DNA of 61,881 nt, filler included, from Piptocephalis cylindrospora (Eukaryota): assembly GCA_003614145.1 (NCBI GenBank). It is 22 parts of 22 records of this genome, joined end to end, with 100 filler letters (N's around TTAATTAATTAA, not from the genome) between each part and the next. Parts side by side here need not be neighbours in the genome. Positions count along the whole stretch, not along the records: positions 36,875 to 39,588 come from KZ988874.1; positions 39,689 to 42,396 come from KZ988875.1; positions 42,497 to 45,203 come from KZ988876.1; positions 45,304 to 48,006 come from KZ988878.1; positions 48,107 to 50,809 come from KZ988879.1; 17 more parts are not named here. One strand, given 5' to 3'. The stretch's first letter is position 1; the number at the start of each line of letters is the position of its first letter. A program made the translations under genes and the position numbers. The notes below the pieces were generated by a model. The model saw only the letters and a list, made by a program, of their open reading frames with translations. It was not told the origin of the DNA and made no database searches. Of this stretch, positions 38,227-49,450 are shown one piece after another.

Positions 38227-39588
38227 ATGTCCCAAGTCATTGTCGTTGGCGGAGGCCTAGCTGGCCTCTCTGCCGCTCACACCGTCCTGGAGCGGGGAGG
38301 CCGCGTCGTCCTTCTGGATAAGAATTCCTTCCTTGGAGGTAACTCAACCAAGGCCACCTCGGGAATCAACGGAGCCTTGACCAGTACGCAAATCGAGCTC
38401 AAGATCCCCGATTCACCCGCTCAGTTCTATGAGGATACCGCCAAGTCCGCCCGTGATCTCTTGGACCCTGAGCTCGTCCGTGTGCTCACCTACAACTCCT
38501 CCTCGGCCGTCGAGTGGCTTCAGCACAAGTTCAAGCTCGACCTCAGTCTCGTCTCTCGTCTCGGGGGTCACTCCCAGCCTCGGACCCATCGTGGGAAGGA
38601 GCGTTTCCCGGGCATGACCATTACTTACGCTCTAATGGAGGCTCTGGAGGAGCTGGGCGAGAAGGAGCCTGACCGGATCCGGATCGTCAAACGTGCCCGC
38701 GTCACTCGACTCATCAAAGAACATGATCAGATTGTCGGCGTGGAGTATGTTCAAGTGAGTAAGGGTTCCGGGGAGTCCAGCCCCGAGGTGGAACATGGCC
38801 CCGTCATCCTTGCTACTGGAGGCTATGCTGCCGACTTTACTGAGCAATCTTTGATCAAAAAGTATCGTCCTGAGATTTACGACCTTCCCACCACCAATGG
38901 AGACTGGTCTACCGGTGATGGTATCAAGATGACTCTGGGTGTAGGAGGTAATGCCGTCACCTTGGACAAAGTCCAGGTGCATCCCACGGGCCTAGTGGAC
39001 CCCAATGAACCCGATGCCAAAGTCAAATTTCTGGCTGCTGAGGCCCTCCGTGGGTGTGGTGGTATCTTGTTGGATGCCAAGGGCAAGAGGTTCTGCGATG
39101 AGCTAGGCCACCGGGACTATGTCACGGGGAAAATGTGGGATAATCAGGGTCCCTTCCGCCTGATCCTCAATTCAGCCGCCGGGAAGGAGATTGAATGGCA
39201 CTGCAAGCACTACTCTGGCCGTGGTCTCATGAAGCATTATACTTCGGGGAAGGCCTTGGCCAAGGAAATGGGCGTATCCGAGGATGTGTTCAAGGACACC
39301 TTTTTAGCCTATAATGACGTGGCCTCGGGGGCCAAGAAGGATCCTTTTGGAAAGAAGTACTTTGCCAACACGCCTCTCCGCATGGAAGATTCCTTCTGGG
39401 TGGCCATCGTCACCCCTGTCCTTCACTTCACTATGGGCGGTGTTCAGATTACCGCTGATGCCGAGGTCTGTGGGGGTGGTGAGGGAAAGGCGTCCCAGCG
39501 GATCCCTGGACTCTTTGCCGCCGGTGAAGTGGCTGGGGGAGTGCATGGAGCCAACCGTCTCGGGGGATCCTCCCTCCTTGGGTGTGTT
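38227..39588 (+). CDS. Soluble flavoprotein fumarate reductase (Osm1/Frd1 family), 3' truncated
   Basis: VIVVGGGLAGLSAA, GGNSTKATSGING, LGGHSQPRTHR, VQVHPTG, LAAEALRG, HFTMGGV and GGVHGANRLGGSSLLGC. True start is MSQVIVV at 38227, not 37861. Confidence 0.95.
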
Positions 39589-39688
39589 NNNNNNNNNNNN
39601 NNNNNNNNNNNNNNNNNNNNNNNNNNNNNNNNTTAATTAATTAANNNNNNNNNNNNNNNNNNNNNNNNNNNNNNNNNNNNNNNNNNNN

Positions 39689-39841
39689 AGCGGCACAAAG
39701 GGTACGTCGAGGGGCTGAGCATGGGGATATAGACTGTTTCTGGGAGGAGGAATGGGTGACCAGGGAAGGCCGACCAGCCAGGACCAACGCCCTTCCCAGA
39801 CGAGCCAGAAGGACTTGGGATGGGAGGTGGGGGGTGAGCAT
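39689..39841 (-). CDS. Displaced 5' end (mitochondrial presequence) of the PPR gene at 41446-42396
   Basis: [51 protein letters not shown] has no acidic residues. Its last 55 nt (39689-39743) are the exact reverse complement of 41446-41500. Confidence 0.75.
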
Positions 39842-40696
39842 GGTGTGAGGGCGAATGTATCCCAGGGTCAGCTCCCCAAGACGACGTGCGCAGCAAGGAT
39901 GGGGATGAGTGAACAGTCCTGGTGGTACGAGCCACGCGGTCGGGAGGTCACTGGGAGATGGGCGTACGCCAGGTCTACCTAGTCGCCTAGGCGTGAGGGA
40001 GGGATGGGGATATCCCAGTAAGAACGATGGAGGTGGGGCCGGCCAAAGAACAGACTTGGAGGCAGTGAAGGTCCGGCCAGGGCTGAAGACAATGCGTGGC
40101 TGGTATCAAGGGTGTCCACGGATTGACAAGACGCGCCCAGAACACGATGGTACAGTTGGCTCACGAACCGAGCTTGTTTCGGGGAAGAGGAGGGAAAGGG
40201 AGGGGGAGGGCAAGAATCCTAGACGCGTTGCTTGGTGGTGGTACTTTGAGCAGTAAGACGCCAGGTCCAGCGGAGAGGGATGTATTGTTGAGGAACATTG
40301 CTCTATTAGCCCCACCTCCCCAGCATACGATAAATGCGGGGGGGATAAAAAGAGCAGCCTGTTTACACCGGTCGAATACTTAGCACAGCTGGCATGGTAA
40401 AAAATATGAATTTCGATGTGAAAAGGGCCCTGATTAAGCTAAACTCCGAGCGAGGAAATTTCATGTCACCATTTCGCTGTTTACTACTAGGAAACTTCAT
40501 GTCATACAATCCATGCTGGTGATGCCCCTTGAGAAGCAAATGGCTGGTATAATCCAATGTATAAGATAAGGAAAGGAAAGGATCGTCCGCTCTGAAAAGA
40601 GAAGGGAATATCATGTACAATAGGAAAACGCCATGTATCTTTTCCCTTCTCCAAAATTCACCACAGCCTGCAATAAAGCCCATCTAGAGAAGGTGA

Positions 40697-41445
40697 TTAT
40701 CCACGACCCATCCCAGGAGGAGGATATTGAGGCATTGGGGAGGATCCCCAGCTGAACCCGCGAGCATGTGGAGATTGGGAGGAATCGGCCCCGGAAGGAA
40801 AGGTAGAAGCATAGGATGGGGATGGAAGGGTACCATTTGCCCCGGTAGGACCCCCAGCTGTGATACCAGCAGGAGGGACAATACCAGCTCTTGGTTGGTT
40901 CTTCTGGGCCTGAGAAGCCAGAAGACGTTCGGCCTGGGACCCATGCCTCTCCCCTCTTCCGTCTTTCTTGTAGGCATAGTCAACGGTACAGGGCTTGTTG
41001 GCGAGGAACTGGCCATGCATACCCTCGATGGCCGCATCGGCCGCCTCAAAGCTATCGTAGGAAACAAAGCCGTAACCCAGAGACGCACCCGTCTCCAAAT
41101 CCCTAGCCAATTTTGGAGGATGGATAATGGTGCCAAATACGGAAAAGGTGTCAAAGAGCACTTTTTCATCAATGCTCCCAGCGTCCAAGTTTCCAATGAA
41201 GAGGTTGGCCCCTACATCCAGGGACCTAGGATCCTGCTGACTCTTATTCACCCGAATGGGCCGGCCGTGCAAGTGAATCCCGTGCATGATCCGGATGGCA
41301 TAATCCGCATCTTCCTCTGAGCCCATCTCCACAAAGGCAAACCCTTGATGCACCTGGGTCACCCGGTCTTTGGGCATAAACACACGTACTACTGGACCTG
41401 CTTGGACAAACAGTTCGGTCAGAAGCTTTTCGTTGCATTTCTCCT
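40697..41445 (-). CDS. HSH49: Splicing factor 3b subunit 4 (two RRMs), 5' end lost at a chimeric junction
   Basis: [48 protein letters not shown] and [23 protein letters not shown], with a Pro-rich tail. Confidence 0.95.
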
Positions 41446-42396
41446 CCAGAAACAGTCTATATCCCCATGCTCAGCCCCTCGACGTACCCTTTGTGCCGCT
41501 GCCCCAGCTCCACTTCCTAGGCTAGGGAAGCGGGGACCTCAAGTCGACCCATCCAGCCCTAGACACACTCCTCCTTCACGCACAGGTAATTGATCTATTT
41601 CCGAAAAATTCTGCCAATGAAGCGAGGGAATATACTATTATGGGTCACATTTCCATGCCCGTACTAATCATCCTCTCCTCATCCTTTCATTAGAATCAAA
41701 GTGTCGTCTGGAAGCTTCGAAGAAAGTAACAGATATATCCGCCCTAGAGTCACCCTTATCATCACATGGTCTGCGGGGTAATCCCGTCAAATTAGATCCG
41801 TCGAGTCCATATCCCCGTGAGATCACCTTAAAGGTCTCTCATCTCACTTCATATTTCCAAGAGAGAAAGTATTACGCCGTCACCCGGATTGGTAAAGCCA
41901 TCCGCCCCCATCTGGAGCTTGTCCTACAAAAGTCTAAAAAGATTCATCGACGAAAGGCTGCCAGGGTTCTAGTCATGGTCATGAAATCTCATGCAGTCAT
42001 GGGAAACGTCAAAGAGACGAGAGATGTGATGGACCTGCTCTTCCTTCATGGCCAAGGCAAAGGTGCATCCTGGACTCGCCTTGCCATGGCCAACGAATTG
42101 CACAAAGGAGAACCTGGGGTTAGGGCTGTGTATGAGGAAATGTGTCAGTTACAGCGACAGCACGGTCCGGAAAATGCCCATCTCTACACCCCATCTGCCA
42201 GATTCTGGGCTGTCTGGCTCACATCCGCCTCAGCCATCCACATCGACCGGGTCATCCACGTTTGGAATCAGATGGTCTCTCTTTCCATTGCCCCTAGCAT
42301 GGTTCATGTCAACATCCTTCTCCAGGCCACCCTTCCCTCTCTCCTCTCCCAATCCTCCGGGGAGCATGAGAACGCTCCTTACAAGCTTATACCCAT
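41446..42396 (+). CDS. Pentatricopeptide-repeat-like protein, probably mitochondrial (intron 41586-41693; 3' truncated)
   Basis: In-phase intron with TACTAAT branch point. Helical repeats VRAVYEEM...[12 protein letters not shown] and [29 protein letters not shown] fit the PPR consensus. Confidence 0.65.
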
Positions 42397-42496
42397 NNNN
42401 NNNNNNNNNNNNNNNNNNNNNNNNNNNNNNNNNNNNNNNNTTAATTAATTAANNNNNNNNNNNNNNNNNNNNNNNNNNNNNNNNNNNNNNNNNNNN

Positions 42497-43471
42497 ACGG
42501 CCTCCCAGAATGGAGATCGGCTCTTGCGGGTATCAGGACGTCTGGATCGGGTGGCCAAGGCGGTGGCGGTGGCGGCCGAGGTCTTGCTGGATCACCATCG
42601 ATCCCGAAATCGGCACCGGCTCGGCCGTCGACCCAACCCGGATGAGGATGGCTTGGTGACCCTCTTCTTCCTCGTCCACCGGGACATGCGACTGGGAGAC
42701 GAGGGGAGGCGGGTGGATCTGGAGGAGGTGAGCTATGCCCGTCTGGGGCTCGTGGATCTCCCGGGACGTACGGATGATCAGGGTCTCTGGGCGATGGGTG
42801 AGGTGGATGCACTTCACCGTCTTGCCTTTGCTCTGGGAGATCTCGAGGCGAAGGAGTTGACCTACCCGCCTCAAGAACCCTATGTTCCCTTTGAGCCCCG
42901 AGGGAATGATGCCCGGCCGCCCTGTCCCCTCTTTGCCGGACCCTATGCTCACCTAGCCCCATGGTACGACAGCCCCGGGGAGGTACTGGAGAAGAAGGGG
43001 CCCTTGTCTGCCGCCATTTTTTCCCATGCCACCTCCACGGCTTCTTCTGCGGCCTCGTCCATCTCATCCGCCGCTTCCTCCTCCTCCTCCTCCTCCAGCA
43101 CTCCAGCCTCCACCGCCTCCCCCCAGGTCCCTGCAATAGCCATGCAGGGGGGCGAGGGCACGGCTCTATCGGCACCCATGGAACCCTCGAGGATACATCG
43201 AAAGATTGAATTTGACTCGGACTGGCGGGATGAAGTGGATGGCTGGCTGCGAGATCGACGGGCCAAGACCTCCTCCTCGGATGTGGCTGTGGTGATCCGG
43301 GATGACTTTGTCCACTTTTCCGGATCCGAGGATGCGGTAGTTGAGTGGGTTCAGAGTCTGGAGGACATGTTGGATGATCCTATCCAAATGACTTTGGACA
43401 ATGCGAGTTGGGAGGGAGGGGCAGATGGGTTTAAGGAAGGGAGAAGGGTTGGCTATGGGTTCATTGAATGA
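42497..43471 (+). CDS. Degenerate triple-KH protein (Rnc1/Pbp2/PCBP-like), 5' truncated
   Basis: DRLLRVSGRLDRVAKAVAVAAEVLL resembles the end of KH1, TDDQGLWAMGEVDALHRLAFALG...PYVPFEP the end of KH2, and VHFSGSEDAVVEWVQSLEDML the end of KH3. GxxG loops not seen. Confidence 0.5.
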   Translation, partial: TASQNGDRLLRVSGRLDRVAKAVAVAAEVLLDHHRSRNRHRLGRRPNPDEDGLVTLFFLVHRDMRLGDEGRRVDLEEVSYARLGLVDLPGRTDDQGLWAMGEVDALHRLAFALGDLEAKELTYPPQEPYVPFEPRGNDARPPCPLFAGPYAHLAPWYDSPGEVLEKKGPLSAAIFSHATSTASSAASSISSAASSSSSSSSTPASTASPQVPAIAMQGGEGTALSAPMEPSRIHRKIEFDSDWRDEVDGWLRDRRAKTSSSDVAVVIRDDFVHFSGSEDAVVEWVQSLEDMLDDPIQMTLDNASWEGGADGFKEGRRVGYGFIE

Positions 43472-43662
43472 TACTAAGACGGTTAATGGTATTGTTGATA
43501 GCGTATGAGCCGTTTTCTCTCTTCTTCACGAAATATCAGCCACATCCATCTCATCCTCCATCCCCTCGGACGACCCCCATCTCAGCAAATAAAGGTTTCA
43601 AAGTGGCTGAATTCATTTCCCTCCCAACTCGCATTGTCCAAAGTCATTTGGATAGGATCATC

Positions 43663-43957
43663 CTAATGATCCTCTTCCTCCTTGTGTCCATGACCATGAT
43701 GGTGGTCCCAGGGGTGGCTCCAGCCCTAAGGGAAAGAAGAGGAGAAGTGAGCGTGACCTTTATTCCTGCCAGGATACACCTCCTTACCAAGCACTTACCA
43801 TCAGAGTGGGTCCATCCTCCTTGAAGCGGTACATCATGAAAAACCACATGGAGGCCCCCATCAGCTTGGCGGTCCATCGGTAGACACCGGGGACGTGAGG
43901 GACCCGAAGGGACTTTGGTCCATAACCGGGGATGTGGGGACGGGCGCTTCCAGCCAT
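43663..43957 (-). CDS. NDUFB2: Complex I accessory subunit NDUFB2/AGGG-like (exons 43957-43799, 43725-43663)
   Basis: Spliced 73-aa product ...YRWTAKLMGASMWFFMMYRFKEDGPTLMGWSHPWDHHHGHGHKEEEDH matches the fungal/plant GASMWFF.MYR.K.DGP.L.GW.HPW motif. Confidence 0.85.
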
Positions 43958-45148
43958 AGATGAGGATGATGGTGGCAGTGAGAGAGGATGAAGGGGGGGG
44001 GGATGAGAGCGAGTGACCAAAACAAGGACAAGCACAGAAAGGAAGGGACGATGGCAGAGAAGAAATCGCAGCCTCATCCCTCCCTCCTAAACGCCAGACT
44101 TGGTGGGATGGATGTGTCAAGGGCGTGGAGATGTATGTGTATGTGTGTTGTATATGTGCAAGGGGGAGGAGGGGGCGGATCCCTGTATCGCATCTGCCCC
44201 ATCTAATAATGATAATATGCCCTTGACTTGAAAACCCATCTATTTCTGTCCTCTTTTTGTGTGAAGATTTTACCTACCCAATATACCCCCCCTCCCCGTA
44301 TGAATCCACTTGGTGAAAATGGATGAAAATAGGTGACCAATTTGTCGAAACCCGGAGCTGGTCTGTGAACCTAGGAGACCCATCGTCCCTCATTGTGCCT
44401 GTAGACCAACTCCCCAGCCAAATTGGTCCCCTCATCCTCCTCCCTCTGTGCGGTTTCGGAGCCTTTCAAATCCGCATGTTGTGCCCACCTCACCGACTAG
44501 GGGATTTTCACGGCCCTCGTTTTGTCACGCCTCTCCCGCAAGGCACCCTCATTGGAGGGGATATCCCCCCTGGCGGTATGTGTATGACGGAGGAAGGATC
44601 CCTAGCGCACTCTCTCCATCTCCTCTCTCCTCTCCTCCCCATGCGCCCCTACACATCCATCCTCTTTCGCTCGTCATTGTGCTGTGGCCCCTAGTCAAGG
44701 CGAGAGAGGAGGAGGAGCGTCTGTCAGGCCTCTGTGTGTGCTGTGCTAAGGGAGACAACCCTCATCAGGCCCCAGTGTGTCATCCATAGAGACAGGAAAT
44801 AGCCCTCCCCCCCTCTTCAAAGACTAGAGTGCAGTGGGCATCGGGACATCGGAGCCTTCCACGGCTATACGACGACGACTGAGCAAGCCTTGTATCAAGA
44901 CATACCCCCCAAGCCCCTCCTCTATCTGACCCTCCTCCTCTGCTCAGTCCGCAGTTGCACCCCAGCTAACGGTGCAAGAGATGGGAGAGATTGAAAAGCG
45001 GGAAGCGGTCCTTACACGCGTCCCACTTTCCTCTCTCCCTCTCTCTCTTTTCCCTTCCTTTCCATCCCATCCCACACAGCCCTTTTGTCCTTTCCTCTCG
45101 CTTACCCATTTGGTCTTTTTTTTTCTTCCCCAGCACTCTTTCTCTTCA

Positions 45149-45203
45149 ACACCTCCTTACCAAGCACTTACCATCAGAGTGGGTCCATCCTCCTTGAAGC
45201 GGT
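45149..45203 (+). repeat. Exact 55-nt contig-terminal direct copy of 43776-43830
   Basis: ACACCTCCTT...TTGAAGCGGT is identical and spans an exon-intron boundary of NDUFB2. Confidence 0.95.
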
Positions 45204-45303
45204 NNNNNNNNNNNNNNNNNNNNNNNNNNNNNNNNNNNNNNNNNNNNTTAATTAATTAANNNNNNNNNNNNNNNNNNNNNNNNNNNNNNNNNNNNNNNNN
45301 NNN

Positions 45304-46034
45304 TTTGCATCAGTCTGAAGAATACATGTCAAATTTCCCTCCATTTTTCCATCCCCTCTTTCACCCACCAAGATAAATGAGGCCAAAGGTCCATTTAGGA
45401 TTTCATCTGAGTACTGAGAGAGCTGGTTGACGTATCCAGCCGCTGTTGCATGGTCCCGAGAATCCGTCGCCTCCTTGAGCCCTATCAAAGCCTCCTATGA
45501 AATGTATCATATCGCATTAGAAAGAATGAGTAGATTGGATAGTTAGTGCTAATGCGGCACGCCCTATAGAGATTGAATGGTAGAAGTACGAGACTTACCC
45601 GGACTTCCTGGGCTTCCTCCACCTGTCTCATTGCATCCAAGATGCTACTCTATCATAGTGTGAAAGGAGAGGGAGAGAGGAAGAGGATGCTGAGGTAAGT
45701 ACATGTTCCGCCACTGTCCAGCATGCACGTCATGGACCCAAGTCTTTGCAAAGAGATCAGACATACTTCTTCCCTATTCAATTGACGAACCATACGCGTG
45801 ACATGCTCTGCTTGCATGGCGGAGGTCTTGGCAGCACGGGAAGTCTCCTGAATCCCGGCAAAGACGCCTTTGAGCACTCGTCTATCCTCCCAGGACATGG
45901 CCATAAGACACTGAAGGGTAAGCTCACACGCCTCACACTACCTACCCTTGGGATGAGACTAGAGTGAGGCGATCTGCCAGGTTTGTCTGTTGAATGACAC
46001 TTTCTGGGCTTGTGTGTCCAGGAGGTTCAGACAT
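45304..46034 (-). CDS. COG4: Conserved oligomeric Golgi complex subunit 4, 5' exons (truncated)
   Basis: Spliced peptide AEHVTRMVRQLNREE|SSILDAMRQVEEAQEVR|EALIGLKEATDSRDHATAAGYVNQLSQYSDEILNGPLA resembles the Cog4 N-terminal coiled coil. Start codon tentative. Confidence 0.6.
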
Positions 46035-46895
46035 CTTTAAAGGGGAAGCGAAGGAATGTTTACCAAGGCAATGAGCCCAGTTCATCTGAGCCAATCCACG
46101 CTAATAAGAGGTCCGAAGTACGGCAGGTCTCCGCACTACCGCTTCCGTCTATGCTGTGGAAGGATACATGCTCTACATTGAAAACTCATAAGGGACCATG
46201 AGAGATGCCTTGATACGTTAGAATAAACAACGATTCATGGTATATTATCTCATGTTGAATAGTATCTATGGGCAATGTGTTATTTCTACTTTGTTTTAGA
46301 GTCGGTTAAGAGCAATTATATATATAAAGGATCACTATTATCATAAACAATAAGAATGGATTAAGATAAATCAAAACAACTGCCTTTCCCTAATAGTACT
46401 TATAAATAAACCTCAAAGAAGTTAAAAAGGATGTCCTTTAGTATTGGCCGATGATCGCAACTTCCCAAGCTTAGACATAGTTGGCGAGGCTTGCCGGCGC
46501 CAATGCACACTGGTCCTACCACTCCCTTGCTCGGGTCACTCTCCGATTCACTTGCCTTGAGGTTACTGATCATCATATCTTCTATTGTTGAATTGATAGC
46601 TCATTCCCAAACTATCAGCAAGCAAAGAGCTTTAAGGAATGCATTATTTGTGACATGGGGTGGCGGAGATACTCTCGAGCCACCCATCTACAGATCGGTG
46701 CACATTGACCAGCTCATTCACAATCCTCCCTGACCAGCATTGACCTAGTCCCACACCCTCAGGCTCTGCTTATAATACAAGACTCCGACTGCTACTAGAT
46801 TTCCATCACGCCTTCCCTCTTCCTTCTCACCTTACCTCTTTCCTCTCTCAATACCCTAGCTCTGACTCGTTCGTTCTAGCTCTAATTTTCTTATT

Positions 46896-47492
46896 ATGGA
46901 TATCGTCGACCCACCCCATCCTCCTATTGCCAATCCGCTCTCGGGTGATCCCGTCCAAAGAATCCAGTACGAAAATATTCCGACTGTTCGTAAGAGGGCT
47001 AAAACCAAGCCTACTGCTCGTAAGAGCGCCCCAGGAAAGCAAATGCCTTGCCGCGCTAGAGGAGCTGTTCGTTCAATTCCCCGCCGCCTCCAAGCTCAGG
47101 CTCACCGGGCTGCCATCGAAGAGAATCTGCGTCTTCAGGGCCGCTCTCCCAGCTTTATTGCCTCCATGTCTTCTGGGGATGAGCAAATCCGCATGATCCT
47201 CGACATGGATCCTTGCTTCGACGCACCTTGCGGTGACATGGAAACCGATCTCCCCTCCACCGAGGAGATTATAAAACAAATCGAGCAGGCCGATCGAGCA
47301 GATCCTGGCAGTATCCCCTCATTGTTCCGACGAACACCTCAAGCTAGAGCTGCTTATCTTCGTAGGCTACTCAACAACCATGAGGAGTCCCGTCGGGCCA
47401 GCCTAGTTAAGAGTCGTACCTGTGATCTCAGAATTGTCTCTGTCCCATCCTGTATCACCGAGGCATCCTCCCCTGATACTTCCTCGGACTAA
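46896..47492 (+). CDS. Orphan 198-aa protein
   Basis: Complete intronless ATG-TAA ORF after a pyrimidine-rich leader and TATAAT near 46771. Basic NLS-like segment RKRAKTKPTARK. No family recognised. Confidence 0.5.
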   Translation: MDIVDPPHPPIANPLSGDPVQRIQYENIPTVRKRAKTKPTARKSAPGKQMPCRARGAVRSIPRRLQAQAHRAAIEENLRLQGRSPSFIASMSSGDEQIRMILDMDPCFDAPCGDMETDLPSTEEIIKQIEQADRADPGSIPSLFRRTPQARAAYLRRLLNNHEESRRASLVKSRTCDLRIVSVPSCITEASSPDTSSD

Positions 47493-48526
47493 ATCTGCAC
47501 CAAAGTGTCTAGTGTGCACATCAACATATCCTTCCCTATCCCAAAATATCCAGAGCCAGTATACCTATCCAGTGGGCTATTCCTCTGAGATTGGCTGGTT
47601 ATGCGACATATTCTGCCTCTTTTATGGCTAGAACACTATATTATTATTATTATTCTTCTTCTTCTTCTTCATGTGCGTTGCAACGGTATCTACGGTCCAA
47701 ATATACGGTGGTTGTAATCATCTGACACTTTATCCATTTCGTTGTTGAAAAATTTATTGTCTCATGGAGAAAATGCATCCAAAAGACTACAGGCCTTTAC
47801 CCTTTTTCATAGGGTCCTCTCGTTTTTTATTAGTATTTGAAAATGAAGGATGACATGGTACTGTTGTGTTGGAAATGGAGATCTGAATCTCACGATGGAA
47901 TTAAAAGGACTTGAAATTTGGTCTTGGAAATCTTAATCAGGGCTTGGCTTTCTTTATCTTGAGGAATCTTGGATCGGCAAAATGGGACTTAGGGACGTGT
48001 TCTTAANNNNNNNNNNNNNNNNNNNNNNNNNNNNNNNNNNNNNNNNNNNNTTAATTAATTAANNNNNNNNNNNNNNNNNNNNNNNNNNNNNNNNNNNNNN
48101 NNNNNNGCCAAGTTGATCCTTGAAATGGAAAAGAAAGAGAGAAGAGGGAGAGAGAGCAAGGAGGAAAAAGAACCGGTATACCGATGTCCTTTTCCCTTTA
48201 GGGATTTCATTCCTATAAAACGCACACACATATTTCCAGACACACACACACACGCACAAACTCGAACACACGGTCATCATCAAGACCACGGTCAACTTGA
48301 GCACCATCACCACATCACGGGTGACAGAGCGAGAGAGAGGTAGAGGGAGAGGGCGAGCGAGAGAGAAAGAGGGAACGAGGAGGAGGGACTGTAAGAGACA
48401 GGAGGAGAGTACACACACAGACATAGACATGTAAAAAAAGAGGGGAGTAAGGAGGGAGAAGGAGAAAGGGGGAGAGAGGAGGGGGCATCTCCTCGATCCC
48501 GAGAGACGAGAGACACAGATGAATGT

Positions 48527-49450
48527 CTAGCCCCACCACGAAGTCCTCTTCCCTACCCAACCGCCAATCTGTCCTATTCTCTCCTCGCTGCCCTCGAGGA
48601 ACCCGGCTACACCACCGAGAACATGGGTAAATTGATCATTCATGATCTGTCGATCGGTGACATGGGTGTTGCATTTGATGGGGATGGAGAGGAAGACCCG
48701 AGTCATCTGGATGGTGAGACGAAGTCGGCCGAGGACGTCAAAGTAACTGAGGGCACGAAGTTCCTGTTGGATTTCGTAGAGACGAATGACTTCGAATTTT
48801 GCCACACTCAGATACTTGCCGGCAAGGACGACGACGTCGCGAACCTGGGTGAAGAATCGACGAGCGCCATCCTGGTTGATGCCGAGTTCTGGGTTTTGGG
48901 TGTTGATGAACTCGACGATTTGCATGAGATTATCAAAGTCACCGGCCATAAACTCGGAGAAGATTTGGGAGAGGGCGTTGGACAGGGTCTCTTCCGAGTT
49001 GGCGGAGTGGTACCGACGACCATGGACATCGTAGTCCTTACGACGGGCCGGATCGTGCAGGGTCTCGTAGGCTGAGGAGACTTTTTGGAAGGCGCGGGTG
49101 GCCTCGACGCTATTGCCCATCTTGTCTGGATGGACCAGCTTACACTTGGCAAAGTAAGCTCTCCGGACCTGGGTGGTGGTGGCGGTGCGATCCAGACCCA
49201 AGACACCGTAGTAATCCTTTTGTAAGAGGATTTCCCGAACAATGCGTAGGCGTTCCATGTCGGTTGCATGGGGTCCTAGAAGAGGGTCGGAGGAGGAGGC
49301 CGAGGCGGCGGATGTAGGGAGGGAGGAGGAGGAGGCAGAGGGGGAGGGAGTGCCGTGGAAGGTGGCAGATCGCATGGGTCGTCCTCCCTTTCGAGGGTCC
49401 GCTGATGTTGGGTCCGGTTGGGTGGTGGAAGGGAAGAAGTAAGAGGCCAT
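48527..49450 (-). CDS. DnaJ/J-domain protein
   Basis: DYYGVLGL...VRRAY...LVHPDK...AFQKVSSAYETLHDPARRKDYD with intact HPD motif. Complete 307-aa ORF. Confidence 0.92.
   Translation of the reverse strand: MASYFFPSTTQPDPTSADPRKGGRPMRSATFHGTPSPSASSSSLPTSAASASSSDPLLGPHATDMERLRIVREILLQKDYYGVLGLDRTATTTQVRRAYFAKCKLVHPDKMGNSVEATRAFQKVSSAYETLHDPARRKDYDVHGRRYHSANSEETLSNALSQIFSEFMAGDFDNLMQIVEFINTQNPELGINQDGARRFFTQVRDVVVLAGKYLSVAKFEVIRLYEIQQELRALSYFDVLGRLRLTIQMTRVFLSIPIKCNTHVTDRQIMNDQFTHVLGGVAGFLEGSEERIGQIGGWVGKRTSWWG

Noticed and set aside
47672..47687. GTGCGTTGCAACGG resembling a Helitron 3' hairpin
   Set aside because: No complete hairpin plus CTAG terminus at the expected spacing, and no Rep/helicase remnant nearby.
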